Assembly (NCBI GenBank): GCA_963700635.1
Contig: CAVOYH010000003.1
Coordinates: 1,152,001-1,216,000 of the forward strand
Direction: 5' to 3'
DNA length: 64,000 nucleotides
DNA from: an uncultured Bacteroidota bacterium
GTDB lineage: Bacteria > Bacteroidota > Ignavibacteria > UBA10030 > UBA6906
The position numbers and the translations under genes were made by a program. Every line of letters begins with the position of its first letter. Positions within the stretch are counted from its first letter, which is position 1. The notes under the pieces were generated by a model. That model worked only from the letters and a program-made list of their open reading frames with translations. It had not been told where the DNA came from and did no database searches. Of this stretch, positions 1 to 9,724 are shown piece after piece.

Positions 1-518
1 AACAGGTCAAGCCGGGGATGGTGGAAGATGGTACCGCCATCGGCATGGCCATCGCCCAGGGTGTAAACCGGCTTAAGGACGGGAAAGCGAAGAGCAAGGT
101 GATGATCCTCCTGACCGATGGCGTCAACAACCGGGGGGAGATTGACCCTGTGACGGCTGCCCAGATCGCACAGACGTTCGCAATCCGGATTTATACTGTG
201 GGCGTCGGTACCGTCGGCGAAGCGCCGTATCCCGTGCAAACCCCATTCGGTATTCGTTATCAGAATGTACCGGTGGATGTTGATGAGAAGACCCTGAATA
301 CGATCGCGGACCTGACGGGCGGAAAGTATTTTCGTGCGAAAAACAACCGGGCGCTCAAAGACATCTACACGGAAATCGATCAGCTGGAGAAAACCCGCAT
401 CGAGGTAAAATCCTATCGGTCATATGCAGAACAGTTCTATCCCTGGGTGTGGCTCGGTCTGGCCGGACTCATGCTGGAGCTCCTGTTCACGGGGACAATA
501 CTAAGGAAATTGCCGTAA
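1..518 (+). CDS. batA: BatA, VWA-domain protein (5' truncated by window)
   Basis: GTAIG, ILLTDGVNN and TGGKYFRA motifs, C-terminal TM; first of a bat gene run. Confidence 0.9.
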   Translation, partial: QVKPGMVEDGTAIGMAIAQGVNRLKDGKAKSKVMILLTDGVNNRGEIDPVTAAQIAQTFAIRIYTVGVGTVGEAPYPVQTPFGIRYQNVPVDVDEKTLNTIADLTGGKYFRAKNNRALKDIYTEIDQLEKTRIEVKSYRSYAEQFYPWVWLGLAGLMLELLFTGTILRKLP

Positions 519-1570
519 TGGTCCGGTTTGTCAACGAGGAGTATCTCTACATTTTGCTGGTTATCCCTGCCGCACTCCTGCTCGCATGGTGGATGTGGAG
601 CATACGCAGGAATGCGGCAGAACGATTCGCAGCAACAACGATGTTCCAGCGCCTGGCACCCGGTGCAAGTACGGTCAAACGCCCCGTGAAGTTCGGGCTC
701 CTTCTCCTTGCCGCAGCTTTTCTCACGCTCGGCCTCGCAAATCTGCAGATTGGCACCCGTTTGCAGGAAGTAAAACAGGAGGGGGTCGATATCTTCATCG
801 CGCTGGACCTGTCGCTCAGCATGAAGGCGGAGGACATCAAACCGAACCGGCTGGAGAAAGCCAAGCTGGAAATTCGCAACCTGATCGATCGTCTGGGCGG
901 TGACCGGATTGGTTTGATCGTGTTTGCCGGTGAGGCATACACGCAGTTCCCTTTGACAACCGATTACAGCGCCGCCAATCTCTTTCTGGATGTCCTGGAT
1001 GTTGATGCCGTCTCTCTCCCCGGAACGGCTATCGGGATCGCCATCGAGCGTGCCACGGACTCGTTCGATTTCAAGGAGCAGACCAGCAAAGTGATCGTCA
1101 TTATCACTGACGGTGAAAATACTGACGGGGACGTATTTGAATCGGCCGAGGCTGCGGCAGCCAAAGGAGTAATGCTGTATACAATCGGCATGGGCTCGCC
1201 CACCGGGGCCCCGATCCCGGTGTACACTGCCGCCGGGCGCCAGACCGATTTCAAGCGTGACCGGGTGGGGAACGTCGTGGTTTCAAGGCTGGATGAAACA
1301 TCGCTGGAAAAGATTGCGGTCATCGGAAAAGGAAAATATTTCCGCGGAACCACCACCCAGGACGAGCTTGATGCCATCTACAAGGACGTCAGCGCTCTAC
1401 AAAAGAAGGAATTCGGGGTAAAACAGTTTACCGATTTTGAAGACAGGTTCCAGTTTTTTCTGGTGCCTGCGTTTGTGCTCCTGATGCTGGAATTGTTTTT
1501 ATCGGAAAAGAAGACACCATGGCTTTCGTTCGGCCGGGTGCTGCGGAAACAGGAGGAGGTGGAGGCATGA
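518..1570 (+). CDS. batB: BatB, VWA-domain protein
   Basis: TAATG overlap with batA; N-terminal TMs; MIDAS DLSLSM and ITDGE motifs. Confidence 0.9.
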   Translation: MVRFVNEEYLYILLVIPAALLLAWWMWSIRRNAAERFAATTMFQRLAPGASTVKRPVKFGLLLLAAAFLTLGLANLQIGTRLQEVKQEGVDIFIALDLSLSMKAEDIKPNRLEKAKLEIRNLIDRLGGDRIGLIVFAGEAYTQFPLTTDYSAANLFLDVLDVDAVSLPGTAIGIAIERATDSFDFKEQTSKVIVIITDGENTDGDVFESAEAAAAKGVMLYTIGMGSPTGAPIPVYTAAGRQTDFKRDRVGNVVVSRLDETSLEKIAVIGKGKYFRGTTTQDELDAIYKDVSALQKKEFGVKQFTDFEDRFQFFLVPAFVLLMLELFLSEKKTPWLSFGRVLRKQEEVEA

Positions 1571-2289
1571 TCCGCTGGCTTGTGCTTTTTACAGCGTTGT
1601 GTGCGATTGTCGCCGGGGAATCCTCCGCGCAATCGGTGCGGTCGCTGGTCAACGATGGAAACAATCAGTATGAAGACCTGAAGTATGCCGACGCGGAAAT
1701 TCAGTACCGCAAGGCGCTTGAGCAGGAACACCAGCTTGTACAGGGACACTTTAATCTGGGAAATGCGCTGTACAAGCAGGGGAAGTACGATGAAGCCGTC
1801 CGGGCATATGAGGCGGCCCGGCAGGAAACAAAAGAGGTGCGCACCAGGGCCGATGCGTCATACAACATCGGTAATGCCTATCTCAAGGCGCAGGACCCCC
1901 AGAAGGCGATCCAGGCGTACGTGGATGGACTCAAGCTGGATCCTGACGATCTCGAATCAAAGTACAATCTCTCGCACGCACTTCGTCTGTTGCAACAACA
2001 GCAGCAGCAAAATCAGCAACAGAACAAACAACAGGACAACAAAAAGAACAAGCAACAACAGCAAGATCAACAGCAACAGAATCAGGATCAAAAAGACAAA
2101 GAGCAACAACAACAGCAGCAAGACCAGCAGCAACAACAGCAACAGAAAAAAGAGCAACAGCAGCAGCGACAGATCTCCAAGGCCGACGCCGAACGTATTC
2201 TCGATGTGCTGAAGAACAACGAACGTGATATCCAGAAAAAGCGGCAGGCAAAACAGGCGGTCCGGGCACGCACAGAAAAAGACTGGTAG
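1567..2289 (+). CDS. batC: BatC, TPR protein with poly-Gln linker
   Basis: ATGA overlap with batB, signal peptide, TPRs (FNLGNALY, YNIGNAY), C-terminal EKDW. Confidence 0.9.
   Translation: MIRWLVLFTALCAIVAGESSAQSVRSLVNDGNNQYEDLKYADAEIQYRKALEQEHQLVQGHFNLGNALYKQGKYDEAVRAYEAARQETKEVRTRADASYNIGNAYLKAQDPQKAIQAYVDGLKLDPDDLESKYNLSHALRLLQQQQQQNQQQNKQQDNKKNKQQQQDQQQQNQDQKDKEQQQQQQDQQQQQQQKKEQQQQRQISKADAERILDVLKNNERDIQKKRQAKQAVRARTEKDW
1993..2166 (+). repeat. CAA/CAG low-complexity tract encoding Q/K/D/N-rich linker
   Basis: Visible CAA/CAG runs in batC. Confidence 0.9.
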
Positions 2290-2290
2290 G

Positions 2291-4138
2291 ATGAACGCGC
2301 GACTATTCCTCTGGATTGTTGTGATGCTCGTGTTTCGAACCGCGGGCAGCAATGGTCAGAACATCGTGTTTGAAGCTGCGGTGGACCGTACGACCGTGGG
2401 CATCGGCGAGCAATTCACCTTCTCGCTTACCCTTACCGGGCAAACCGTGGGCGGTGGAAAAAACATACAACTCCCCGACCTGAGTAAATTTCACATCATG
2501 GCGGGCCCGAATCAATCCAGCAGCATGCAAATTATCAATGGTGCGGTCTCCGCGTCTGCGACGTATTCGTATGTGCTACAACCCCGGGAGATAGGCCGAT
2601 TTGCTATCGGACCGGCCAGCATCGAGGCGGGAGGGGGCGTCCATAAGACACAACCGCTGACCATTGAAGTTGTCAAAGCGGCGCAACGGCAAAGCCCACA
2701 GGCTGCAACGGGAGAGCCGGCTTCAGCGGACATGGGTGAGAATCTGTTCCTCCGCGCCGTGGTGGACAGGTCACGTGTGTCGCGGGGAGAACAAATAAAC
2801 CTTGTCTTCAAGTTGTACACGCGTGTTTCCGTCGTGAATTATGCCGTTACCAAGAATCCTGCCATGACCGGATTCTGGAGTGAGGACGTCGAAATCCCCA
2901 AGAACATCACGCTCACAGCAGAAACAATAAACGGAAAAGCGTACCGGGTGGGGGTGATCAAAAGAGCTGCACTCTTCCCGACGCAGGCCGGGACACTGGA
3001 AATCGGTTCCATGGAAGTGCAGGCCACCGTTCAACTTCCACAGGCGAGATCCAGTGATCCTTTTGAGTCGTTCTTCCGCGATCCGTTCGGGCGGAATGTG
3101 AATTACGCTACGGCAAGTCCGGCAGTCAAAATTGAGGTGGAACCCCTGCCCGGAACTGCACCTTCAGATTTTAAGGGAGCCATCGGTCAATTTGCCATGA
3201 GCACGGCGGTTGACAGGAAAACCACGCGGACCAACGAGCCCGTCAGCCTCAAAGTCACGCTTTCCGGGACAGGGAACATAAAACTCCTTGAAGCCCCGAC
3301 TCTTGAAATGCCGCCGGATTTTGAACAGTACACGCCCAAGGTCACGGAATCCATCAATCGTAGTCAGGGACGCATCAGCGGGAGCAAGACATTTGAGTAT
3401 CTTCTGATCCCGCGTTATCCCGGGTTAAAGGTGATCAAACCGGTGACGATGTCGTACTTTGATTTGAAGAAACGGGAATACGTGCGGCTCCGTTCACCGC
3501 AAATCGAACTCAACGTGGAGCAGGGAACCGCACCGCTCGCACCAATGGTCGCGGGGGTCTCACGGGAAGATGTCCGCCTGCTGAGCCAGGATATCCGGTT
3601 CATCAAGGTGGCCACTCCGGCATTTGTGCGGGGCGGTGAACAGTTGTACTCGCGTCCGTTCTTCCTTGTGCTCGTGCTCCTGCCACTGCTGGGTCTCGGT
3701 GGTGCCTATCTGTATGCACGGCAGCGGCAGGTGGTCATGCAGGATCAGGCCGGATACCGTTATCGGAAGGCGATAAAGGTCGCACAGAAAGGCCTGCGCG
3801 AGGCGGAGTATATCTTGAAAGACAAGTCCCGGCAAACCGCAGAACCGACAGCCAAACAACGGCTCCGGTTCTATTCTGAAGTCTCCCGTGCGCTCTGGAA
3901 GTACCTCAGCGACAAGCTCAATATCCCGCAGGCATTATTTTCGGTGGACGGAGCGGTTTCTGAGCTTCAATCGAGGGGGGTGAAGGAGAGCCTCGTCGCG
4001 GACCTCCGTGGAATTCTCGAAATCTGCGATCTTGCGCGTTTTGCACCAACGAGTCTTGAGCTGTCAGCGATGCAAAAGACGTATGATGACGCGCGCCGTG
4101 TCATTGTGGAGCTGGAACGGACGCTGAAAACCCGATGA
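2291..4138 (+). CDS. batD: BatD family protein
   Basis: Signal peptide, Ig-like BatD repeats (GAIGQF, GSKTFEY), TM, position in operon. Confidence 0.9.
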   Translation: MNARLFLWIVVMLVFRTAGSNGQNIVFEAAVDRTTVGIGEQFTFSLTLTGQTVGGGKNIQLPDLSKFHIMAGPNQSSSMQIINGAVSASATYSYVLQPREIGRFAIGPASIEAGGGVHKTQPLTIEVVKAAQRQSPQAATGEPASADMGENLFLRAVVDRSRVSRGEQINLVFKLYTRVSVVNYAVTKNPAMTGFWSEDVEIPKNITLTAETINGKAYRVGVIKRAALFPTQAGTLEIGSMEVQATVQLPQARSSDPFESFFRDPFGRNVNYATASPAVKIEVEPLPGTAPSDFKGAIGQFAMSTAVDRKTTRTNEPVSLKVTLSGTGNIKLLEAPTLEMPPDFEQYTPKVTESINRSQGRISGSKTFEYLLIPRYPGLKVIKPVTMSYFDLKKREYVRLRSPQIELNVEQGTAPLAPMVAGVSREDVRLLSQDIRFIKVATPAFVRGGEQLYSRPFFLVLVLLPLLGLGGAYLYARQRQVVMQDQAGYRYRKAIKVAQKGLREAEYILKDKSRQTAEPTAKQRLRFYSEVSRALWKYLSDKLNIPQALFSVDGAVSELQSRGVKESLVADLRGILEICDLARFAPTSLELSAMQKTYDDARRVIVELERTLKTR

Positions 4139-4890
4139 GAAAACTGATCCTTCTTGCCGCCGCGCTGTTCTCCGCGCAACTCCTTCTTGCCCAGACAGCG
4201 GAACACCAATTTCAGCAGGGGAATGCCCTCTATCAGCAAGGCGACTACGCCGCCGCTGCGGCCGCCTACGAGAAGATCCTCCAGGCGGGATACACAGGCG
4301 GAGAGCTCACATTCAATCTCGCCAACGCATACTATAAGCAGGGGCAGATGGGAAGGGCTATACTGTATTACGAGCGCGCCTTGCGGTTCCTTCCCGGAGA
4401 CGGTGATGTCCGCCACAATCTGGAGCTTGCGAACATGCAGATTGTTGACAAGATTGAACCTGCACCGCGGCTCTTCCTCTGGGATATGTGGGATGATGTC
4501 AAGGACGCGTTTTCCCTGGATGGCATCACATGGATGACGTATCTCTTCTTTGTGCTTGTCGCGGCTGCAGGTACGATTGTAATTCTGGCACGGAGCTACA
4601 CCATTCGCAAAGCAGGACTGCTTGGGATTCTGACGGGCGGGGTGCTTCTTTTCGTCAGCGCCTCCATTCTTATCGGCAAAGCGGCAGAAGTCAGCCGGGC
4701 CGATGATGCGGTCATCACGGCGGCGATTGTGACGGTCAAGAATTCCCCCGATCCCAAGAGCAGTGACGCCTTTGTCCTCCATGCCGGCGTCAAAGTGCGG
4801 ATTACGGAATCCATCGGTGAATGGGTGCGTATACGCCTCGCCGATGGGAAAATAGGGTGGGTGCAGCTGGAAATGGCCGAGAGAATTTGA
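4135..4890 (+). CDS. batE: BatE, TPR + SH3 membrane protein
   Basis: ATGA overlap; TPR YYERAL, two TMs, C-terminal SH3b (LHAGVKV...GWV). Confidence 0.88.
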   Translation: MRKLILLAAALFSAQLLLAQTAEHQFQQGNALYQQGDYAAAAAAYEKILQAGYTGGELTFNLANAYYKQGQMGRAILYYERALRFLPGDGDVRHNLELANMQIVDKIEPAPRLFLWDMWDDVKDAFSLDGITWMTYLFFVLVAAAGTIVILARSYTIRKAGLLGILTGGVLLFVSASILIGKAAEVSRADDAVITAAIVTVKNSPDPKSSDAFVLHAGVKVRITESIGEWVRIRLADGKIGWVQLEMAERI

Positions 4891-4936
4891 GACGCATGAA
4901 GTGCCTACCCCGGAGGCCGGGAGGAAGAAGGGGAGA

Positions 4937-5656
4937 TTAGAAGCGGTACGTCCAGTCATGGTTGAGATAGCGGGTTTCAGCCAGTGAACGAACAGCTTCG
5001 AGGGGGAACGGGCCATACGCGGTGTCGGCAGACCACCCTTTGCGCAGTGCCCCGATGAGAGTGGCCGCCCCGAGAGGAATGTTCGTCAGGAAGTCTGCGT
5101 GCGACCTGCCTGACCTGTATTCCGGCTGAGAGGAAGGGAAGGGAATCAAGACTTCGATCATGGAAAGATCGAAGGCAAGAAGGAACGTGCCGTGAAACAG
5201 CAGCGCATGTTCCTTCCTGCGTTGTGCATTACCCGAAAATTTGCGGTTGTCGCAAACAAGGTCCGTGTGACCGCGGAGATCCACGGGAGTGTTGAGAAGG
5301 GGTCCGATTATGTCAGCCATACGCCGGAGAACATAGGTGTTGGATGTGGAAATCGCGCTCAGATCAGGATCACGTTCCATACGTAAGACGAGCGAATAGT
5401 TGAGGCAGCCGGGACCCTGAACTACAGTGCCACCTCCGCTTGTTCTACGATAGAGGGGGATCGCCCGTGTCACGCACGTATCAATATTCACCTCCTGCAT
5501 GATGCGATTGGTATACCCGGAGACGACAAAATATGTCTCCGGCTGCCAGATACGAAGGGTCTCGTATGCAGGATCGGCTTCGCAGGCGTCCAGCAACACG
5601 TCGTCACACGCCAGCTGCAGGGCAGGCGTCATGAAGGCATAATCAAAAAAGCGCAC
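4937..5656 (-). CDS. Lipoate-protein ligase family (LplA/LipM-like)
   Basis: RRTSGGGTV, KFSGNAQ and HGTFL motifs; probable GTG start at 5656; divergent from PDH operon. Confidence 0.88.
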   Translation of the reverse strand: MRFFDYAFMTPALQLACDDVLLDACEADPAYETLRIWQPETYFVVSGYTNRIMQEVNIDTCVTRAIPLYRRTSGGGTVVQGPGCLNYSLVLRMERDPDLSAISTSNTYVLRRMADIIGPLLNTPVDLRGHTDLVCDNRKFSGNAQRRKEHALLFHGTFLLAFDLSMIEVLIPFPSSQPEYRSGRSHADFLTNIPLGAATLIGALRKGWSADTAYGPFPLEAVRSLAETRYLNHDWTYRF

Positions 5657-5725
5657 GCCGTTTTCGGGTTGTGTGATGGTCAGGAAACACGTACATTGAG
5701 CTGTCCTTTGACAGGTGAATCTCCG

Positions 5726-8419
5726 GTGAAAACAAAACATACAAAACAAGAGACTCCGCCGCAAGCGGATCGTAACGGCCAGGATAGGTGGCTGGATTCC
5801 ATAGAACTGGTTCTTGAGTCAGTGCTCAGGGATCAACCCGCCGAAAAGCTGCCGCTGCTTTTTGAGAGACTCAAGGAACGGCTGCGGCAGGCCGGGCTGC
5901 GCATCCCGGTTTCTGTCAACACACCCTATCTGAATACTATCCGGCCTGAAGATGAGCCCGCATATCCCGGTGATCGGGAGATTGAGCGGCGTATCAAAAG
6001 TTATATCCGGTGGAATGCGATGGCAATGGTTGTGAATGCCAATCGAGCACACAGCGGACTTGGCGGGCACATCTCCACCTATGCGTCGTCGGCAACACTC
6101 TATGAAGTGGCGTTTAATCACTTCTTCCACGGTGCTACGGCTGATCGGCAAGGGGATATGGTCTACTTTCAGGGACATGCTTCGCCGGGCATCTATGCCC
6201 GGGCGTTTCTGGAAGGCCGGATCGACGTCCAGCAACTCCACTATTTCCGGCAGGAATTGGCGCGAACCGGGGGTCTTTCTTCCTACCCGCACCCGTATCT
6301 TATGCCCGATTTCTGGCAATTCCCGACGGTCTCCATGGGACTCGGGCCGATCATGTCAATCTATCAGGCGCGGTTCAACCGGTATCTGAAAGCACGCGGG
6401 TTACTCCAAGGTGAAGAGTCCAAGGTCTGGTGCTTCGCCGGTGATGGTGAATCTGACGAGCCCGAAACACTGGGCGCGCTCACCCTCGCTTCACGCGAAG
6501 GACTGGATAATCTCATCTGGGTTGTGAACTGCAATCTGCAGCGCCTTGACGGGCCGGTGCGTGGAAACGGGAAGATCATCCAGGAACTGGAAGCCGCGTT
6601 CCGGGGTGCAGGATGGAATGTGCTCAAGGTTGTGTGGGGCTCGGACTGGGATCCGCTGCTTGCAGCGGACTCTGACGGCCTGCTGATCCGGCGGATGGAA
6701 GAAGCTGTCGACGGTGAGTATCAGAAGTACTCCGTGGAGCCCGGAAGTTACACCCGGAAACAGTTCTTCGGAAAGCATCCCGCGCTGGCTGCCATGGTGA
6801 ACCACCTGACTGACGATCAGATCCGGAAACTGCGGCGCGGTGGCCACGATCCCAAAAAAGTTTATGCGGCATACAAAGCTGCGATAGAACACCGCGGAGC
6901 CCCCACGGTAATCCTTGCGAAGACGGTGAAGGGATACGGGCTGGGTGAAGCGGGGGAAGGGCGTAATGTTACCCATCAGCAGAAAAAGCTGAACGAAAAG
7001 GAGCTCCGCGAGTTCCGGGTGCGGTTCGGCATTCCGATCAGCGATGAGGAAGTGGTGAACACGCCCTTCTATCGACCGCCCGACGACAGTCCGGAAATGG
7101 CATATCTTCGCGAGCGCCGCAATGCGCTGGGTGGATCACTGCCCAAACGTACTGTTACGGTGCCGCCACTGGAGATGCCGGAACTGGAAAGTTACAGCGA
7201 ATTTCTGAAAGGCACCGGTCATACCGAAGTATCCACAACAATGGCATTCGTACGAATGCTCGGAATGCTGCTGCGCAACAAGAGCATCGGCCGGACTATT
7301 GTGCCGATTATTCCTGATGAGGCGCGTACGTTCGGGATGGATCCGCTCTTTCGGGAAATCGGCATCTATTCTCCCAAAGGACAGCTGTACGAGCCGGTGG
7401 ACCGTGAATCCCTGTTGTTTTACCGCGAAAGCAAGGATGGACAGATCCTCGAAGAGGGAATCACCGAAGCCGGAGCAATGTCGTCATTTATCGCCGCGGC
7501 GACCTCCTACGCAAACCACGGCGTCAATATGATTCCGTTCTTCATCTATTATTCCATGTTCGGGTTCCAGCGTATCGGCGATCTGGCCTGGGCCGCAGGC
7601 GACATGAAAGCCAAGGGGTTTATGCTTGGCGCAACTGCGGGACGGACTACCCTTAACGGTGAAGGCCTGCAGCACGAAGACGGACATAGCCACCTGCTGG
7701 CGACTACCGTTCCCAACCTGCGCACCTATGATCCTGCCTTTGCATACGAAACAGCGGTCATTGTGCAGGATGGCCTGCGCCGCATGTATACGGAAGGGGA
7801 GGAAGTCTTTTATTATATCACCCTGTACAACGAGAATTATCCGATGCCTCCCATGCCCGAAGGTGTCACGGAGGGAATTCTGAAAGGGCTCTATCGCTTC
7901 CGTCGGGCCGAAGGGACGGGCAAATACAAGGCTCAGATTCTGGCCAGCGGACCGATTCTCCGGCAGGCTTTGCGGGCCCAGGAAATCCTCAGGGATCAAT
8001 TTTACGTGTCAGCGGATATCTGGAGCGCAACAAGTTACAAAATGCTCCGGAACGAAGCTCTTAATGTACAGCGGTGGAATATGCTGCACCCGACAGCGGA
8101 GCGGCGGATATCCTACGTGGAACAGACCCTGCAAGCCGAACAGGGACCGTTTGTGGCCGTGTCGGACTACATGAAGCTCGTGCCGGATCAGATTGCGCCG
8201 TGGGTGCCGGGCGGACTCATGACGCTCGGGACTGACGGGTTCGGGAGGAGCGACACTCGGCCCGCGTTGCGCCGATTCTTTGAGATTGATGCTGAGAGTA
8301 TTGTCATGGCGACCCTGTACGCCCTTGCGGAGCAGGGTCAGTACGAACATTCGGCGGTGGCGAAAGCGATTCGGGATCTTGGGATCGATCCGGAAAAACA
8401 ATTTCCGTTAATAGTCTGA
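5726..8419 (+). CDS. aceE: Pyruvate dehydrogenase E1, homodimeric type
   Basis: GGHISTYAS, FQGHASPG, GDGESDE, GEGLQHEDG, GTDGFGRSD; start approximate. Confidence 0.96.
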   Translation: MKTKHTKQETPPQADRNGQDRWLDSIELVLESVLRDQPAEKLPLLFERLKERLRQAGLRIPVSVNTPYLNTIRPEDEPAYPGDREIERRIKSYIRWNAMAMVVNANRAHSGLGGHISTYASSATLYEVAFNHFFHGATADRQGDMVYFQGHASPGIYARAFLEGRIDVQQLHYFRQELARTGGLSSYPHPYLMPDFWQFPTVSMGLGPIMSIYQARFNRYLKARGLLQGEESKVWCFAGDGESDEPETLGALTLASREGLDNLIWVVNCNLQRLDGPVRGNGKIIQELEAAFRGAGWNVLKVVWGSDWDPLLAADSDGLLIRRMEEAVDGEYQKYSVEPGSYTRKQFFGKHPALAAMVNHLTDDQIRKLRRGGHDPKKVYAAYKAAIEHRGAPTVILAKTVKGYGLGEAGEGRNVTHQQKKLNEKELREFRVRFGIPISDEEVVNTPFYRPPDDSPEMAYLRERRNALGGSLPKRTVTVPPLEMPELESYSEFLKGTGHTEVSTTMAFVRMLGMLLRNKSIGRTIVPIIPDEARTFGMDPLFREIGIYSPKGQLYEPVDRESLLFYRESKDGQILEEGITEAGAMSSFIAAATSYANHGVNMIPFFIYYSMFGFQRIGDLAWAAGDMKAKGFMLGATAGRTTLNGEGLQHEDGHSHLLATTVPNLRTYDPAFAYETAVIVQDGLRRMYTEGEEVFYYITLYNENYPMPPMPEGVTEGILKGLYRFRRAEGTGKYKAQILASGPILRQALRAQEILRDQFYVSADIWSATSYKMLRNEALNVQRWNMLHPTAERRISYVEQTLQAEQGPFVAVSDYMKLVPDQIAPWVPGGLMTLGTDGFGRSDTRPALRRFFEIDAESIVMATLYALAEQGQYEHSAVAKAIRDLGIDPEKQFPLIV

Positions 8420-8428
8420 GGCGCAGGA

Positions 8429-9724
8429 ATGGACATTCGACTTCCGCGGCTGGGTGAAGGAACCGATTCCGGCACCGTCGCATCAATCTTTGTCAAAGAA
8501 GGAGATCGCCTGACAAAAGACCAGGCGATTCTCGAACTTGAGAGTGAAAAAGCCGTTGCGTCAATACCTTCACCCGCCGGAGGTGTTGTCAGCAAGATTC
8601 ACGTGAAAGAAGGCGATGTTGTTAAGGTTGGCCAACTCCTGGTGAGCGTAAACGACGGATCCGGAGTAACCCCGGACCAACCCTCCATGGAGACGCGTGG
8701 TGACGAAGAACCTGCACCGTCACCACAGCCCGGGCACTCCGGAGTCCCGCAGGCGGCAGCACCGGTTCGTATGGAGGCTGCCGCTCTCGCACCCGTGAGC
8801 GGGCCTTTGCCTCCCGCATCCCCCACGATCCGGAAAGTTGCGCGCGATCTCGGCATAGACCTTCGCAGAGTGAAAGGCAGTGAAGCCGGGGGACGCGTGG
8901 TGCTTGAAGATCTCCGGCGTTATGTGCAATGGCTGCAGGAGATGGCTTTACAGCCTCCGCCGAAGACAGGCGCCGGTCCTGCGCCCGCCGTGCCAGCGCC
9001 TGTGATTGACTTCTCACGCTGGGGTCCTGTGCGTACCAGTCGAATCACGACTCTCCGCAAAACGATCAGCACGAAGATGGTGGAAGCGTGGACCCGCGTC
9101 CCGCATGTGACACAATTTGATGAGGCAGATATATCCGGGATCCTTGCACTCCGTAAGAAGTACAGCAAGGCGTACGAGAAGCAGGGCGTCCGGCTTACGC
9201 TGACGTCGTTTGCCTTACGTGCTGTCGTCAATGCATTACGGAAGCATCCCGTCTTCAACGCGAGTATCCAGGAAGCGACGGGCGAAATTGTCTACAAAGA
9301 ATACTTCCATATCGGACTTGCCGTCGATACCGATTTTGGTCTGCTGGTTCCGGTGATCCGTGAGGTGGACAAGAAGACCCTCGTCCAGCTTTCTGCTGAC
9401 ATACAACTTCTGGCCGACAGGGCGCGCGAACGCAAACTCGCCATTGAAGAAATGCAGGGAGGCACATTCAGCATTTCCAATCAGGGTGGGATTGGCGGAG
9501 GATTCTTCACGCCGATCATCAACACTCCCGAGGTTGCGATCCTCGGCATGGGACGGGGTGTTGCGCGGCCCGTCGTCCGCGAAGGCAAGATCGTCGAGCG
9601 ATCCTTGCTGCCGCTCGGACTCTCCTACGATCATCGGCTGGTGGATGGTGCGAATGCCGCGCGGTTTATCGTTGACCTGGTAAGCGAGTTCGAACAGTTT
9701 TCCGAAGATGATGTTAAGATTTGA
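8429..9724 (+). CDS. aceF: PDH E2 dihydrolipoamide acetyltransferase, single lipoyl domain
   Basis: Lipoyl ESEKA, E3-binding ASPTIRKVAR, catalytic DHRLVDG. Confidence 0.95.
   Translation: MDIRLPRLGEGTDSGTVASIFVKEGDRLTKDQAILELESEKAVASIPSPAGGVVSKIHVKEGDVVKVGQLLVSVNDGSGVTPDQPSMETRGDEEPAPSPQPGHSGVPQAAAPVRMEAAALAPVSGPLPPASPTIRKVARDLGIDLRRVKGSEAGGRVVLEDLRRYVQWLQEMALQPPPKTGAGPAPAVPAPVIDFSRWGPVRTSRITTLRKTISTKMVEAWTRVPHVTQFDEADISGILALRKKYSKAYEKQGVRLTLTSFALRAVVNALRKHPVFNASIQEATGEIVYKEYFHIGLAVDTDFGLLVPVIREVDKKTLVQLSADIQLLADRARERKLAIEEMQGGTFSISNQGGIGGGFFTPIINTPEVAILGMGRGVARPVVREGKIVERSLLPLGLSYDHRLVDGANAARFIVDLVSEFEQFSEDDVKI

Noticed and set aside
1931-2352. Poly-Leu, poly-Cys and poly-Ala/Val ORFs on the minus strand
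   Set aside because: Antisense shadows of the batC CAA/CAG tract.
3967-5016. 349-aa minus-strand ORF
   Set aside because: Antisense to batD/batE with no motifs; a GC-rich shadow ORF.
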